NCBI GenBank assembly: GCA_051294375.1
Contig: CM119269.1
Coordinates: 4,357,401-4,421,400 of the forward strand
Direction: 5' to 3'
Length of the DNA stretch: 64,000 nucleotides
Origin: Paraspadella gotoi
Taxonomy: Eukaryota > Animalia > Chaetognatha
Part shown: positions 27,001 to 39,296 of the stretch, one piece after another
How the letters are laid out: the number at the start of each line of letters is the position of its first letter
Numbering within the stretch: position 1 is the stretch's first letter
Program-made: the position numbers and the translations under genes
The notes under the pieces: generated by a model
Databases searched by the model: none
What the model was told of the DNA's origin: nothing
The model's input: only the letters and a program-made list of their open reading frames with translations

Positions 27001-27904
27001 GACTGGGGAGAGTGAGACGTTGGGGTGAATGGATTACTGTCTCTTCAGGTGTCGCGTAAAGAAGGGGCGTTCAAGAGAGTCTGAGTGCATGTTTACTTAG
27101 GCGGAGCAAGGGAAAAACTAGGAGTTCTGTAATATAATGTAATTTAATGTAATGTAATTCCCAGAAATAACTAAATTAAATAAGATTTTATGTACTATTA
27201 ATAGCATAGAAACCTTTAAAGTTTATTATATTACTAAAAATCATAAAATAAAAAAAATTAATAGAATTAAGAATTTTTCTGATAAAGCTTGAAAAAATAA
27301 ATAAAAAATATTATTACACGATGATGAAATTCTAACAATTATAGGGTAGTTCGTGTCAACGAACAAGGAATTGAAAGGATAAGTGAAGAGTCAAGGGTTT
27401 GAAGAAAAATGAAGGGCTGGAAGGGCAGTGACGGTATTAAAGGAGAAAGAGAGAGAGCGAGAGAGAGAGAGAGAGAGAGAGAGAGCACGCGAGAGAGAGA
27501 GCGCGCGAGAGTTTGGTTAAAGTATTAAGGAGAAATTTATGGACGAGAAAAAAAATAGAAGGTAGAATGAAAAAAAAATCTGAATTTTTTTGATAAATCA
27601 AAAAAAAAAAGAAGATAATAAAGGCGTGTATCTGAAAGTTTTTTTTATACATTAACAGAAAATAATAAATAAGGGAATTTTAAAGTCTTTTAATATATTA
27701 AAAGAAAATAATAAAAAAGGAAATTTTAAAGTTTTTTCATATATTAAAAGAATATAATAAAAGCGGAAATTTCTAAGTTTTTTTATATATTAACAGAATG
27801 TAATGCAACTTTATTTCATAATGTCTAGGGGTGTTTAAGCAATATGCATATATTATAAAATTTTAGAATCCCCAGACTTAAAAAAAAAAAAGAAGGAAAG
27901 TCAC

Positions 27905-27972
27905 CATCGTCCAGTTGATCTTCTTGCACGACGCTCATCGCGCCGACTCGATAATTGATCGACGCGGAAGCG
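27905..27972 (-). CDS. Possible 68-nt exon at a rearrangement breakpoint
   Basis: ASASINYRVGAMSVVQEDQLDD-G |GTGACT. A good acceptor (atcactttttaaAG|cgcttcc) exists only in the other copy at ~36177-36200. Confidence 0.3.
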
Positions 27973-27978
27973 CTCTCT

Positions 27979-28015
<37 letters not shown>

Positions 28016-28020
28016 TCTCT

Positions 28021-28051
<31 letters not shown>

Positions 28052-30046
28052 CTCAATGATTTCTTCCTTCAGCTAAAGTTTTGGTTGACTCGGGTAATTA
28101 GTATAATGTTTTAATTTCAAAAATTCTACATTGTTATTTAATAGAAAACTACGTATGTATGTTCTCAACACACAACTTAGAAAGAAAAATTCGTTTCACG
28201 GAGTTGAGTCTTTGAGAAAAACGTTGTAAATCAATCTTTATTGCTTAAAAAAAAGATAACGATGTTTCTTCATTTTTCTGCCAAGTTATTTTGAATGAAC
28301 AATCGTAAATTGAAAGATAGAAAAAAAAATCACAACTTATAGATTCCGCATTGAAAATGAGTTAGTTAGGCAATGGCTGACTACAGTTACACTTTTTAGT
28401 AAGCATGCGAAGACCATGAAAATTGGACAAAGTCACCTTTTCCTACAGTGAAACATAAAAAAAAATTTACAAAAAAAATTGAGATTTCAATCTTCATTTG
28501 CAGTCCTCTGCGTCATTATAGTTGTTGTCAAAAGGGAACGACATAAAAGAGCGAAATAAAGAATAATGACGGGCTTGTTGTTTACTTGCAACTTTCACAA
28601 ACTGAGGAAACAAAAACGCCATACATAAATATTTATGTATTGGGTTTTTGGTAATCTTTTCGCTTGAAAGATCCGACGCCTTGGTCCATCATCAATTCAT
28701 CATTGTCGGCTTCACCGTCGCCACCATCATTGTCATTGTTTCCATTTTCATCCTCATTATCCCAATTGTCAATGTTGTCATCATCGCCATCAATTTAATG
28801 CTGTTGCGGCATCGTGTCGACGCCTTCACCATTGACGCAATCGACATGGTCGTCGTCATCGTCGTCGTTATCGTCGTCGTCATCTTCGTCGTCATCGTCG
28901 TCATCTTCGTCGTCATCGTCGTCTTCGTCGTCATCGTCGTCGTCATCGTCGTCATTTTCGTCGTCTTCGACATCTTTCCCTCTCTCTTCTTTTTTTAGCC
29001 TCGGGACGAAGAAGGAAAAAAGAAGTGAATAGCAAAGTGCTGACCTCGTCGTGTGAAGACTGAAGAGGCTTTCTCATTTCTTTTCGCATTTCGGGATTTT
29101 TCACTTTTTTTTTTCTCTTTTTCTCTTTTCACAACTGACCCTATTACATAGCTTTGGTCGACTTGTTTTTTTTTAATTACTCGACCTTACTTTCTTTTTT
29201 CTTTCGATCTGTATTATTATTATATCTGTAAACGTTAAGCTAAAGTGGAATTCAAAATAATAGCTGACTTTATTGTAATCCCCTAGGACGCGAAAAAAAA
29301 ATTAGGCCATTAAAATTTAGTGTCAATTTGCATAAGAACATACATAACAGAATTCCTTTTCTAGCTCTATTGTTTTCAGTATCACATACATGTATAAACG
29401 CGTGTATAAGAGTTCTGTTGGAATGTCAGTTATTATTATTATTATTTATTATTATACGAAACTCTTATCAAATATCAGTATATTTAATTGTCAATGGGTT
29501 AACGTTTTAATGCTTTTATAGTGTAATAAAAAATGGAGAGAGCTTCTCTTCCACTTAGCATTCTACAATCTACATAGAGAAAAGAGATGCACCCGGCCTG
29601 TCCGCCGTGTCCGGGCAACAATCGGGCGTGATGGCCCAATTGTGCTCATTGTTGACGCGTCTCTCTTTACTTTTCGCAATAACGGATCGAATTTAAAAAA
29701 AAAAGACCAAGAAAAACAAACAATTATTGTTAAAAGAATTCGATAGAGATTGATATACTATATATATTTATATAAATGTACGATGAGATAAATTATTGTC
29801 AATAAGTCGCAGAAACCCTTTTGAAACCCCTTTGAATCTTTCTCAAATCTCCCATTTGTCACATTTTCAGCATCTGGAAACTTTGGCCAAAACCGCTTCA
29901 CAATTTGGACATTTGTGAGTCGCGTCCTTGAAAGGCTGTGAATGGAAGAGAAAGTGTTTGGTTAATGGTTAATTAATTAATTAATTAATTAAATCAATGC
30001 GTTTTGAAGTATGTAGAAACAAACTTACCTAAAACAAAAAGAATGA

Positions 30047-30165
30047 ATGAAACTCACCCGAAAGAGAAAGCGAAGGAAAAAGGAAAGAATGAAACTCACC
30101 CGAAAGAGAAAGGGAAGGAAAAAGGAAAAAATGAAACTCACCCGAAAGAGAAAGGGAAGGAAAAA
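30047..30165. repeat. 36-bp tandem repeat x3
   Basis: ATGAAACTCACCCGAAAGAGAAAGGGAAGGAAAAAGG-type unit; inverted noisy copy at ~36660-36785. Confidence 0.85.
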
Positions 30166-30413
30166 GAGAAGGACTGTGAAGACGAAGAGAAAAAAGGCGC
30201 AACAGAGCCCGAGGCCTCCGAGGCTCCAGTCGATCACAGTCTCCACCTAAGATTATCAAAGGATATATATGTAATCTCTAATTGTCAAAATATATTGTTC
30301 TAAAATTCGCGGCAAATGATTTTACACGAAATTACATTTTAAAAAACTATTTCCGCCGACTAATTTTAATCAAATTTGTTTCGGTTTTAAAAAATACTAA
30401 TTTTTTTCTGCTT

Positions 30414-30414
<1 letters not shown>

Positions 30415-30495
<81 letters not shown>
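30415..30495. repeat. (CAT)n microsatellite
   Basis: Visible run. Confidence 0.95.
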
Positions 30496-30915
30496 TTTAT
30501 CATCGTCGTCGTCGTCGACGTCTTCGTCGTCGTTGTTATTGTTGTATTTTTCTTAACTCGACGCATCCGAGGTTTCATCATTTCCGGCGCCAGAGGGCGT
30601 CGGCCGTCGGGTTGCCTCCTCACAAATTTATCAATTTTTTTACAGTTTGAATCAGGGGTATTTTGTTTTGGAGAGAGAAGAGAGAACAATGAGAGAGTAG
30701 AGAGAGAGAAGAGAGAGAGAGAGATGGAGAGATGAAGAAAGAGAAAGAGAGAAGAAAGAGAAAGAAGAGAGAGAGAAGAGAGAGCGGAGGATAGAAGAAA
30801 AAAAGTAGAAAGACCGCTTATAGGGCGTATGTTTGCAAATATAGTGGTATCCTGTAACACATACTTGGAAATTTCTTTTGCGACAAAAAGGCGGTCGACC
30901 TCAAAGAATAAAAAT

Positions 30916-30981
<66 letters not shown>

Positions 30982-31250
30982 AGAGAGAAGAGAGAGAAAG
31001 TTAAAAGAAAGATGGAATGATGGTAAAGAGAAAGACTCACAGAGACAAGACTTTTTTTAATTTTCATTCGTATAAATAAGTAGGGCTATGTATACAATAG
31101 ACAAAAATATCAAAAATTATTATATAAATAAGTAAGGGCTATGTATACAAAAAATTATTTTAATGAAAAGGCTCTCAATTTAAAATATTTCTATTGTAAA
31201 TCGAGTTGAATCTCGACGCATAGAATTTAATTTTAATTTCCTGCGCCGCG

Positions 31251-32641
31251 CAACTATCTCGAATAATTTTTTTATCGGAAATAAGGTTAGTTCATCGTAC
31301 AAAATATATACTTTTTAATTAATTAGGCTATCATCGAAACAGGCGGTGCGTCACGCAATATCAGTTGTCAAAAATCATTTCTTTAGGAAGATATAGCACA
31401 TTTCTCTATTTCAGACTCCCACTTTGGTCGGGCCTATATTCCTGGAACTTCTATGATGGGAATTTACTTTTTTTTAAATCTTGATAAACAACTGGATACT
31501 AGCATGGATTAAATACTATTGTTCTAAAAAATGTTTTACTGTATTGAGTGTTTGAAAACATAGCTTAAATTATATAGGGAATCATGGGGAATCACTACCA
31601 TTCTATTAAATATAATGATAATATTATATGGACTTGATGTATTCGGGATTTCATCCGCATCGAATCCCGCAAAATGAGTAATGCCAAAATGATTTCAAAT
31701 TAATTTTTTTTTTCTAACACCTTGATAGAACCATTTACTAATAACTTATTTTTTTCAACAACTGCGATTTTGGAAGTGGTTTAGACTAATTGGTCTTATG
31801 GCTGGAAAGACTCAGAGTCACAGCATGGGATCGACAAATGGATTATTTGTTTAGGGTTTTCGGTAGCGGATAAGGTTAGATTAGGGGATAGAGATTAGGG
31901 TTATGGATTAGTGTCTAGAGATTAGGGTTAGGGATTAGGGTTAGGGATTAGGGTTAGGATTAAGTGTTGTCTTCCTACGCGTTAAGATACTCTTCAGAAG
32001 GGTGAGCAATCTGACAGGACAAACCCCGCTCATCACTAACTTTTACAATAAAAAAAATGTTGGCTTGCCTTGGGTGCGTGTCTCATGGTCCGGATAGAAG
32101 AATCGACAGAGAACAACGACGATAATTTGAAATTATTGAACGATGGAGGAAACACAGTTGTAAAAATACTGATCTAGAAATTTAGACATCAATATGTTTC
32201 TTTAAAAGAAGGAAAAGCTAAAAAAAAAACCAATATTTGTAACTTCATAATTAATAATTATTCACTCCAATCTCTATTTTGAGACGCCTACATCTTTATC
32301 AAAAAAATAGTAGTTAAAACACGTTAGTACTATTACCTTCCTCGCTTAAACTTGATACTGGAATCGAAAATTGCTCTTAAAACTTTTGTTTTAGCGTATT
32401 TTGGAGAGGCAAAAAAAATATAAAAAAAAGCTAAAACAAAATGCGCGAGCGTTCGGGTATTTCTTTAGGAATCGCGTAAAAAAATCAATTTTACAATTTT
32501 TGTCCTTTTGGAAAATATTAAGGATTTTTTAAGCGAGAAAGAACCTCTAAAAGTTTTCAAGAATTACTCTGGTTAGCTATCCGAATATGCCATTATATAA
32601 TTTTTTCCGATTTTTACCGTTTCAACCTTCGAATCATAGTG
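31251..32641. mobile_element. Non-autonomous DNA transposon, Transib/RAG-like termini (copy 1)
   Basis: Ends ~CACTATCATCGAA ... TTCGAATCATAGTG; precise empty site at 34427-34431; no ORF. Confidence 0.7.
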
Positions 32642-33848
32642 CGGCGGTCTGCCTGCTCTTTGAAATCCGCCACGGGCTCTCTGCCCATTTTACAGACTTA
32701 TTTTTATTATATCATGAATTGAGTCCTTAATTTTTTTACTTAAATTCACATGGGTTTAATATCTCTCGTTGTAAAAAAAAAAATATTAATGAGGAGAGGT
32801 CATGAGAGGAAACATCGAGAGAAAAAAAAGCCTGGGCGCAGTTCGTCGGGTCCAATCTCTAAAATACAGTTACAACCTAGCTCTTTAAAACCACATAAGT
32901 TTTGTTGTTAATTTAAAAGCCGAAGGATCTTTTTTCGATCTTCGTTTTATCTGACTTTGGGCGGGAAACGAAAAAAAAATCCACCTTTCACCTCGAGCAA
33001 AAAAAAACACCAAAAGACTAACGTTTTTTCTTTTTTATTTCTCCATGGGGGCTCCACGTCGATGATGTCTTTTAGACAACGAAATCTGAACTTCAATAAA
33101 TTACCATCTTTCTTGATCTCAATTAGTTAGTATGAAGCTTACTTCATTAAAAAAAACGGTAGTCCAAGTTATCTCCTTCTTATCACTTAGAACTTCCAGG
33201 TAAATTTCTATGAGTTAAAAATACGTAAGACATGATTTCTTCAATGATTGTTTATCCTAATCCCATATTAACTGCGTAATTTTAGATATAAGTATGTCGA
33301 ATTTTTATGGTATAGATCATTTTTAAAGATCGAATTCCTCATAAGAATCTTCACGTCTTTTTACTTACATAAAAGTTTTTAGGTTAGAACGCCACATTAT
33401 CTGATACAATTTTTTTTTCTAATACGCTTTCCGGATCTTTTTTTCTTCACTCTTTTCTTCTCTTTCTTTATATTTTCCTCTTGCTCTTTCCTCCCTTACT
33501 TCTCACTCTGTCATTTACCATTTTTTTGCCCCTACCTTTTTCTGCCACTCATGGCACTTTCCTCACATTTTTTTCTTCCTTCTCTCTTTCCCTTTCTTTC
33601 CCTCTTTTTCTTTCCATTTTTCCCTCATTCTACCTTTTATTTGTCTCACTATTTTTCCTCCCCATTTGCCTTCTTTTTTTCCTTTCGCCCTGTCTTTATT
33701 CTCTCCTCTTCTCTTTTTTCTTGTTTTCCATTTCGTCTTCGCCTCTCACAACGTTTACATTGAGCAAATCAAAGAAAATATTTAAAATGCATTATAAGAA
33801 AGGAAAATCAACGGTAGCGCGTGNNNNNNNNNNNNNNNNNNNNNNNNN

Positions 33849-34677
33849 AAAAAAAAACACAAAAAAACACCAGCATGGTAAAGTTGCGATTCGCTCGAAA
33901 TTAATTTTCGATGAGCAGGAAGTGAAAATGTGAAAAACAAAAGGGAATCCGGGCGAAAGGGAAGGAAGAGTAGTTTCAAAAAAGAAAAAGAAAAAAAAAG
34001 AATTTGATCGTGAATCGATGTTTCTCCATGGAGAAATAAAAAAGAAAAACGTTAGTCTTTTGTGTTTTTTTTTTTGCTCGAGGTGAAAAGGTGGATTTTT
34101 TTTTCGTTTCCCGCCCAAAGTCAGATAAACGAAGATCGAAAAAAGATCCTTCGCTTTTAAATTAACAACAAAACTTATGTGGTTTTAAAGAGGCTTAGGT
34201 TGTAACTGTATTTTAGAGATTGGGACGACGAAACTGCGCCCAGGCTTTTTTTTCTCTCGATGTTTCCTCTCATGACCCTCGCTCATAATATTTTTTTTTT
34301 ACAAACGAGAGATAATTAACCCATTGTGAATTTAAGTAAAACAAATTAAAGGACTCAATTCATGATATAATAAAATAAGTCTGTAAAATGGGCAGAGGAC
34401 CGTGGCGGATTTCAAAGAGCAGGCGACCGCGGCGGAAATTTAAAATTTAAATTCTATGGTCGAGATTCAACTCGATTTACAATAGAAATAATTTTAAAAT
34501 TGAGAGCCTTTTCATTAAAATAATTTTTGTATACATAGCTTACTTATTTATATAATAATTTTTGCATATTTTTGTCTATTTTTGTATACATAGCTTACTT
34601 ATTTATACGAATAGAAAATAAAAAAAGTCTTTCTCTGTAGTCTTCTCTTTACCATCATTCCATCTTTCTTTATACTT

Positions 34678-34712
<35 letters not shown>
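33849..34712 (-). repeat. Inverted noisy copy of 30930-31250 + 32642-33046 (plus 41640-41825), lacking the 1.4-kb insertion
   Basis: Reverse-complement matches followed by eye; junction reads AATTTCCGCCGCGGTCGCCT. Confidence 0.85.
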
Positions 34713-34714
<2 letters not shown>

Positions 34715-36083
34715 TACGACTTTTTAAATACTTTGATTAATAAATATTTGGAAACCTTCGCCTCTAATATTCATTCCATATTCGACTCATTATTCCAGGC
34801 AAAAAAGATCAATATTCATGTTTACGAAAAATCCTTCGTCAACTCTACAAGGAACTGGCGAGTCTAGAACGCGCGACTCCCGGCGAAGGAGAAACACCTT
34901 CGCAACACCATAACTTAAACCTCGTGTCACCGACTTTGCTTAAATGCGACGTTTACGTCTCGATAATGTCTTTATCTTTGAGATTGCGACGTCGTTTACA
35001 ACATTAGGTGTATCAGAGCGTAAAAAGCAAGTCTTCCCCCATTTTTTTTCTTACTATATCAAGCGCATTTATTCTGGCTTACGAAGTATTCGCTTTTAAT
35101 CCTGTTAAGTGCTTTTCTCTTTTGATATACGTACATATCCAACAATTTTTTTGAGGTGTCAAAATTCGCCTAAATCAACCTGGAGCAGTGAGACCCAAGG
35201 CCTGAGTGCGCCAAGCCTGAATCGGTTAACGAACCGTTCATGGCGTCATCCTTCAGTGATAATTGTGCGTGAGAAGAAAGAAAACGGAGTTGCCGCCATT
35301 GTAAGTGGAACTGAAGCGGCTCTAGAATTCTTTCCGTTAAACTCCTTTATCTATGCTTGTAAAATGCAGACGTAGTTAAGAACCAGTATTAATTCTATGT
35401 GAGTCTTGATCATTATCAAAACATCAACGTTTTCGAGGACTTCGTCTAACGTTGAAGTCCGGTAGTTCGTAGGCGAGAGTTTTGTGAACTTGAAAACCGT
35501 GGCTTGGCTTTATTTCTGTCAAAGACTTAATCCTTATTTAACTCTTATTCCTGTTTTCATGATTTTTTTGGCGCATTTTTTCTATTCCCGATCTTTTGGC
35601 TTTCTTTTATTCTTTTTATTCTCATTTATTTTTCCGTTCGTTTTACTTTTTTACCAATTTTGAAGCCAAAAAAATTATACAATTAAAAAAAAAAACAACA
35701 AAAGCTGAGCGTTTCCTTCCCAAAAATATCCGATGAGATAAAATATATAAAGAAAGGCAAAAATTTCACTTTAAGAAATCTCTAATACCCATAGAGAAAA
35801 ATACGATTTCCAAACCTCTCCAACGGAGAGGTCTCATGTAAAATTTTTTAATTTTTTGTAACTTAATATTTACTTTTAACGTTTTCTATTTTTCAGAAAC
35901 CCGAGCTGACGACGTCGCCGACGGACGACGACGCCAAACACGAGACGGACGAGCGACGACGACGACGACGGGGAGAGTTCGGCATTCGAACCCAAAGAAG
36001 ACGCAAATGCCCACAATGGATCGAAGGTCTACGACGGTGTCTGATTGGACAAGTTGAACAAGTCTGGATGTCTCTTGAGAGAT
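34713..36083 (-). repeat. Inverted noisy copy of ~25141-26510
   Basis: Continuous reverse-complement similarity with scattered 1-bp indels; both ends abut GA/CT tracts. Confidence 0.9.
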
Positions 36084-36185
36084 GAGAGAGAGAGAGAGAT
36101 GAGAGAGAGAGAGAGGAAGAGAAGAGAGACGAGAGAGAGAGAGAGATGAGAGAGAGAGGATGAGAGAGAGAGAGAGAGGAAGCGC

Positions 36186-39100
36186 TTTAAAAAGTGATAA
36201 ATTTTGAGGAGGCGACCCGCACGGCCCGACGCCCTCTGGCCGCCGGAAATGATGAAACCTCGGATGCGTCGAAGTTAAGAAAAATACAACCATAACAACA
36301 CGACGAAGACGTCGACGACGACGACGATGATAAAGATGATGATGATGTTGATGATGATGATGATGATGATTGATGATTGATGATGATGATGATGTGATGA
36401 TGATTAAGCAGAAAAAAAAATCTAGTATTTTTTAAAACCGAAACAAATTTGAATTTTAAAATTAGCCGGCGGAAATATTTTTTAAAATTGTAATTTCGTG
36501 TAAATCATTTGCCGCGAATTTTAGAACAATATGATTTTTGACAATTAGAGATTACTATATATCCTGTTGATAATCTTAGGTGGAGACTGTGATCGACTGG
36601 AGCCTCGGAGGGCCTCGGGCTCTGTTGCGCCTTTTTTCTCTTCGTCTTCACAGTCCTTCTCTTTTTCCTTTCCCTTTCTCTGTTCGTTGAGTTTCATTTT
36701 TCCTTTTTCCCTTCGCCTTTCTCTTTTCGGGTGATTTCATTCTTTCCTTTTCCTCCCTTTTCTCTTTCGGGTGAGTTTCATTCATCTTTTGTTTTAGTAA
36801 GTTTGCTTTCTACATACTTCAAAAGCATTTATTTAATTAATTAATATAATTAATTAATTAATTAATTAATTAACCAAACACTTTCTCTCCATGTTTCACA
36901 GCCTTTCAAGCGACGCGACTCACAAATTGTTCCAAATTGTGAAGCGGTTTGGCCTAAAGTTTCCAGATGCTAAAATGTGACAAATGGGAGATTTTGAGAA
37001 AGATCAAAGGGTTTCAAAAAGGGTTTCTGCGACTTTATTGACATAATTATCTCATCGGTACATTTATATAATAATATATTATAGTATATCAATCTCTATC
37101 GAATTCTTTTAACAATAATTGTTTGTTTTCTTGGTTCTTTTTTTTTAAAATTCGCATCCGATATTGCGAAAGAGAGACGCGTCAACAATGAGCACAATTG
37201 GGCCATCACGCCCGATTGTTGCCCGACACGCCGGACAGGCCGGGTGATCTCTATTCTCTATGTAGATTGTAGATTGCTAAGTGGAAGAAGAAGCTCCTCT
37301 CCATTTTTTATTACACTATAAAAGCATTAAAACGTTAAGCCCATTTGAAACAATATAAATATACTGATATTTGATAAGAGTTTCGTATAATAATAAATAA
37401 TAATAATAATAACTTACATTTCCAACAGAACTCTTATACACGCGTTTATACATGTATGTTGATACTGAAAACAATAGAAGCTAGAAAAGGAATTCTGTTA
37501 TGTATGTTCTTATGTTAATAGCACACTAAAATTTTAATGGGCCTAATTTTTTTTTCGCGTCCAGGGGATTACAATAAAGTAGCTATTATTTTTGAATTCC
37601 ACTTTAGCTTAACGTTTTACAGAATATAATAATATACAGATCGAAAGAAAAAAGAAAGTAAGGTCGAGTAAATTAAAAAAACAAAGTCGGACCAAAGCTT
37701 ACTAATTGGGTCAGTTGTGAAAAGAGAAAAAGAGGAAAAAAAAGTGAAAAATCCCGGAAATGCGAAAAAGAAATGAGAAAGCCTCTTCAGTCTTCACACG
37801 ACGAGTCAGCACTTTGCTATTCACTTCTTTTTTCCTTCTTCGTCCGGGCTAAAAAAAGGAGAGAGAGGAAAGATGTACGAAACGACGAAAATGACGACGA
37901 TGACGACGACTATGACGACGAAACGACGATGACGACGATGATGACGACGATGACGACGAAGATGACGATGACGACGAAGAGGACGATGACGACGAAGATT
38001 GATGACGATGGACGACGATGACGATACGACGAGGATGACGACCGGATGACGACGACGAGAGACGAAGACGACAAAGATGACGACGATGATGACGACGATG
38101 AAATTGATGACGACGAATGAGGGAACGATTGACGACGCAGATTGATGCGAGACGACGAGGACGATGACGCGAAGATGACGACGATGACGACGAAGATATT
38201 GATGATGACGAAGACGACCAAAGATGCGACATGATGACGACGATGGACAATGATGAACGAGCGAAGAGGGACGATACGACGAAGGCGACGAAAGATGACG
38301 ACGATGACGACGAAGACGACGATGACGACGAAAGAACGACAAAGATGACGACGATGATGACGACGATGACAATGATGACGACGAGAGGACGATGACGAGC
38401 GAAGAGGACTGATGACGACGAAGATGACCGACGATGACGACGAAGACGACGAGACGACGAAGATGGACGAGCACGATACGACGACGATACGAACCGACCA
38501 TTCGATTGCGTCAATGGTGAAGCCGTCGACCAGATGCCAAACAGCATTAAATGATGGCGATGATGACAACATTGACAATTGGGATAATGAGGATGAAAAT
38601 GGAAACAATGACAAGATGGTGGCGACGGTGAGCCGACAAAGATGAATCTTGATGATGGACCAAGGCGTGTCGGATCTTTTCAAGCGAAAGATTACTCAAA
38701 AACCCACATACATAATATTTTTATGTATGGCGTTTTTGTTTCCTCAGTTTGTGAAAGTGCAAGTAAACAAAATAGCCCTCATTATTCTTTATTTCGCTCT
38801 TTTTATGTCGTTCCTTTTGACAACAACTATAATGACGCAGACTGCAAATGAGATTGAAATCTCAATTTTTTTGTAAATTTTTTTTTATGTTTCACTGTAA
38901 GGAAAAGGTGACTTTGTCCAATTTCATTGTCTCGCATGCTTACTTAAAAAGTTGTAACTATAGTCAGCCATTTGCCTAACAACCTCATTCATGCGGAAAT
39001 TCTATAGTTGTGATTTTTTTTTTTATCTTTCAATTTACGAATTGTTCATTCAAAATAAACTTGGCCAGAAAAATGAAGAAACATCGTTATCTTTTTTTAA

Positions 39101-39296
39101 GCAATAAAAGATGATTGTACAACGTTTTTTCTCAAGACTTCAAACTCCGTGAAACGAATTTTTCTTTCTAAGGTTGTGTTGTGAGAACATTACATACGTA
39201 GTTTTCTATTAAATAACATTGTATAATTTTTGAAATTAAACATTTATTACTAATAACCAGAGTAACCAAAACTTAAGCTGAAGGAAGAAATTCATT
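36186..39296 (-). repeat. Inverted noisy copy of ~28034-30641
   Basis: Continuous reverse-complement similarity, with a much longer (GAC/GAT)n tract at 37880-38495. Confidence 0.9.

Noticed and set aside
31251-32641. CACTA/EnSpm classification of the 1.4-kb element
   Set aside because: Comparison with the empty site gives a 5-bp duplication rather than 2-3 bp, although the reads are noisy.
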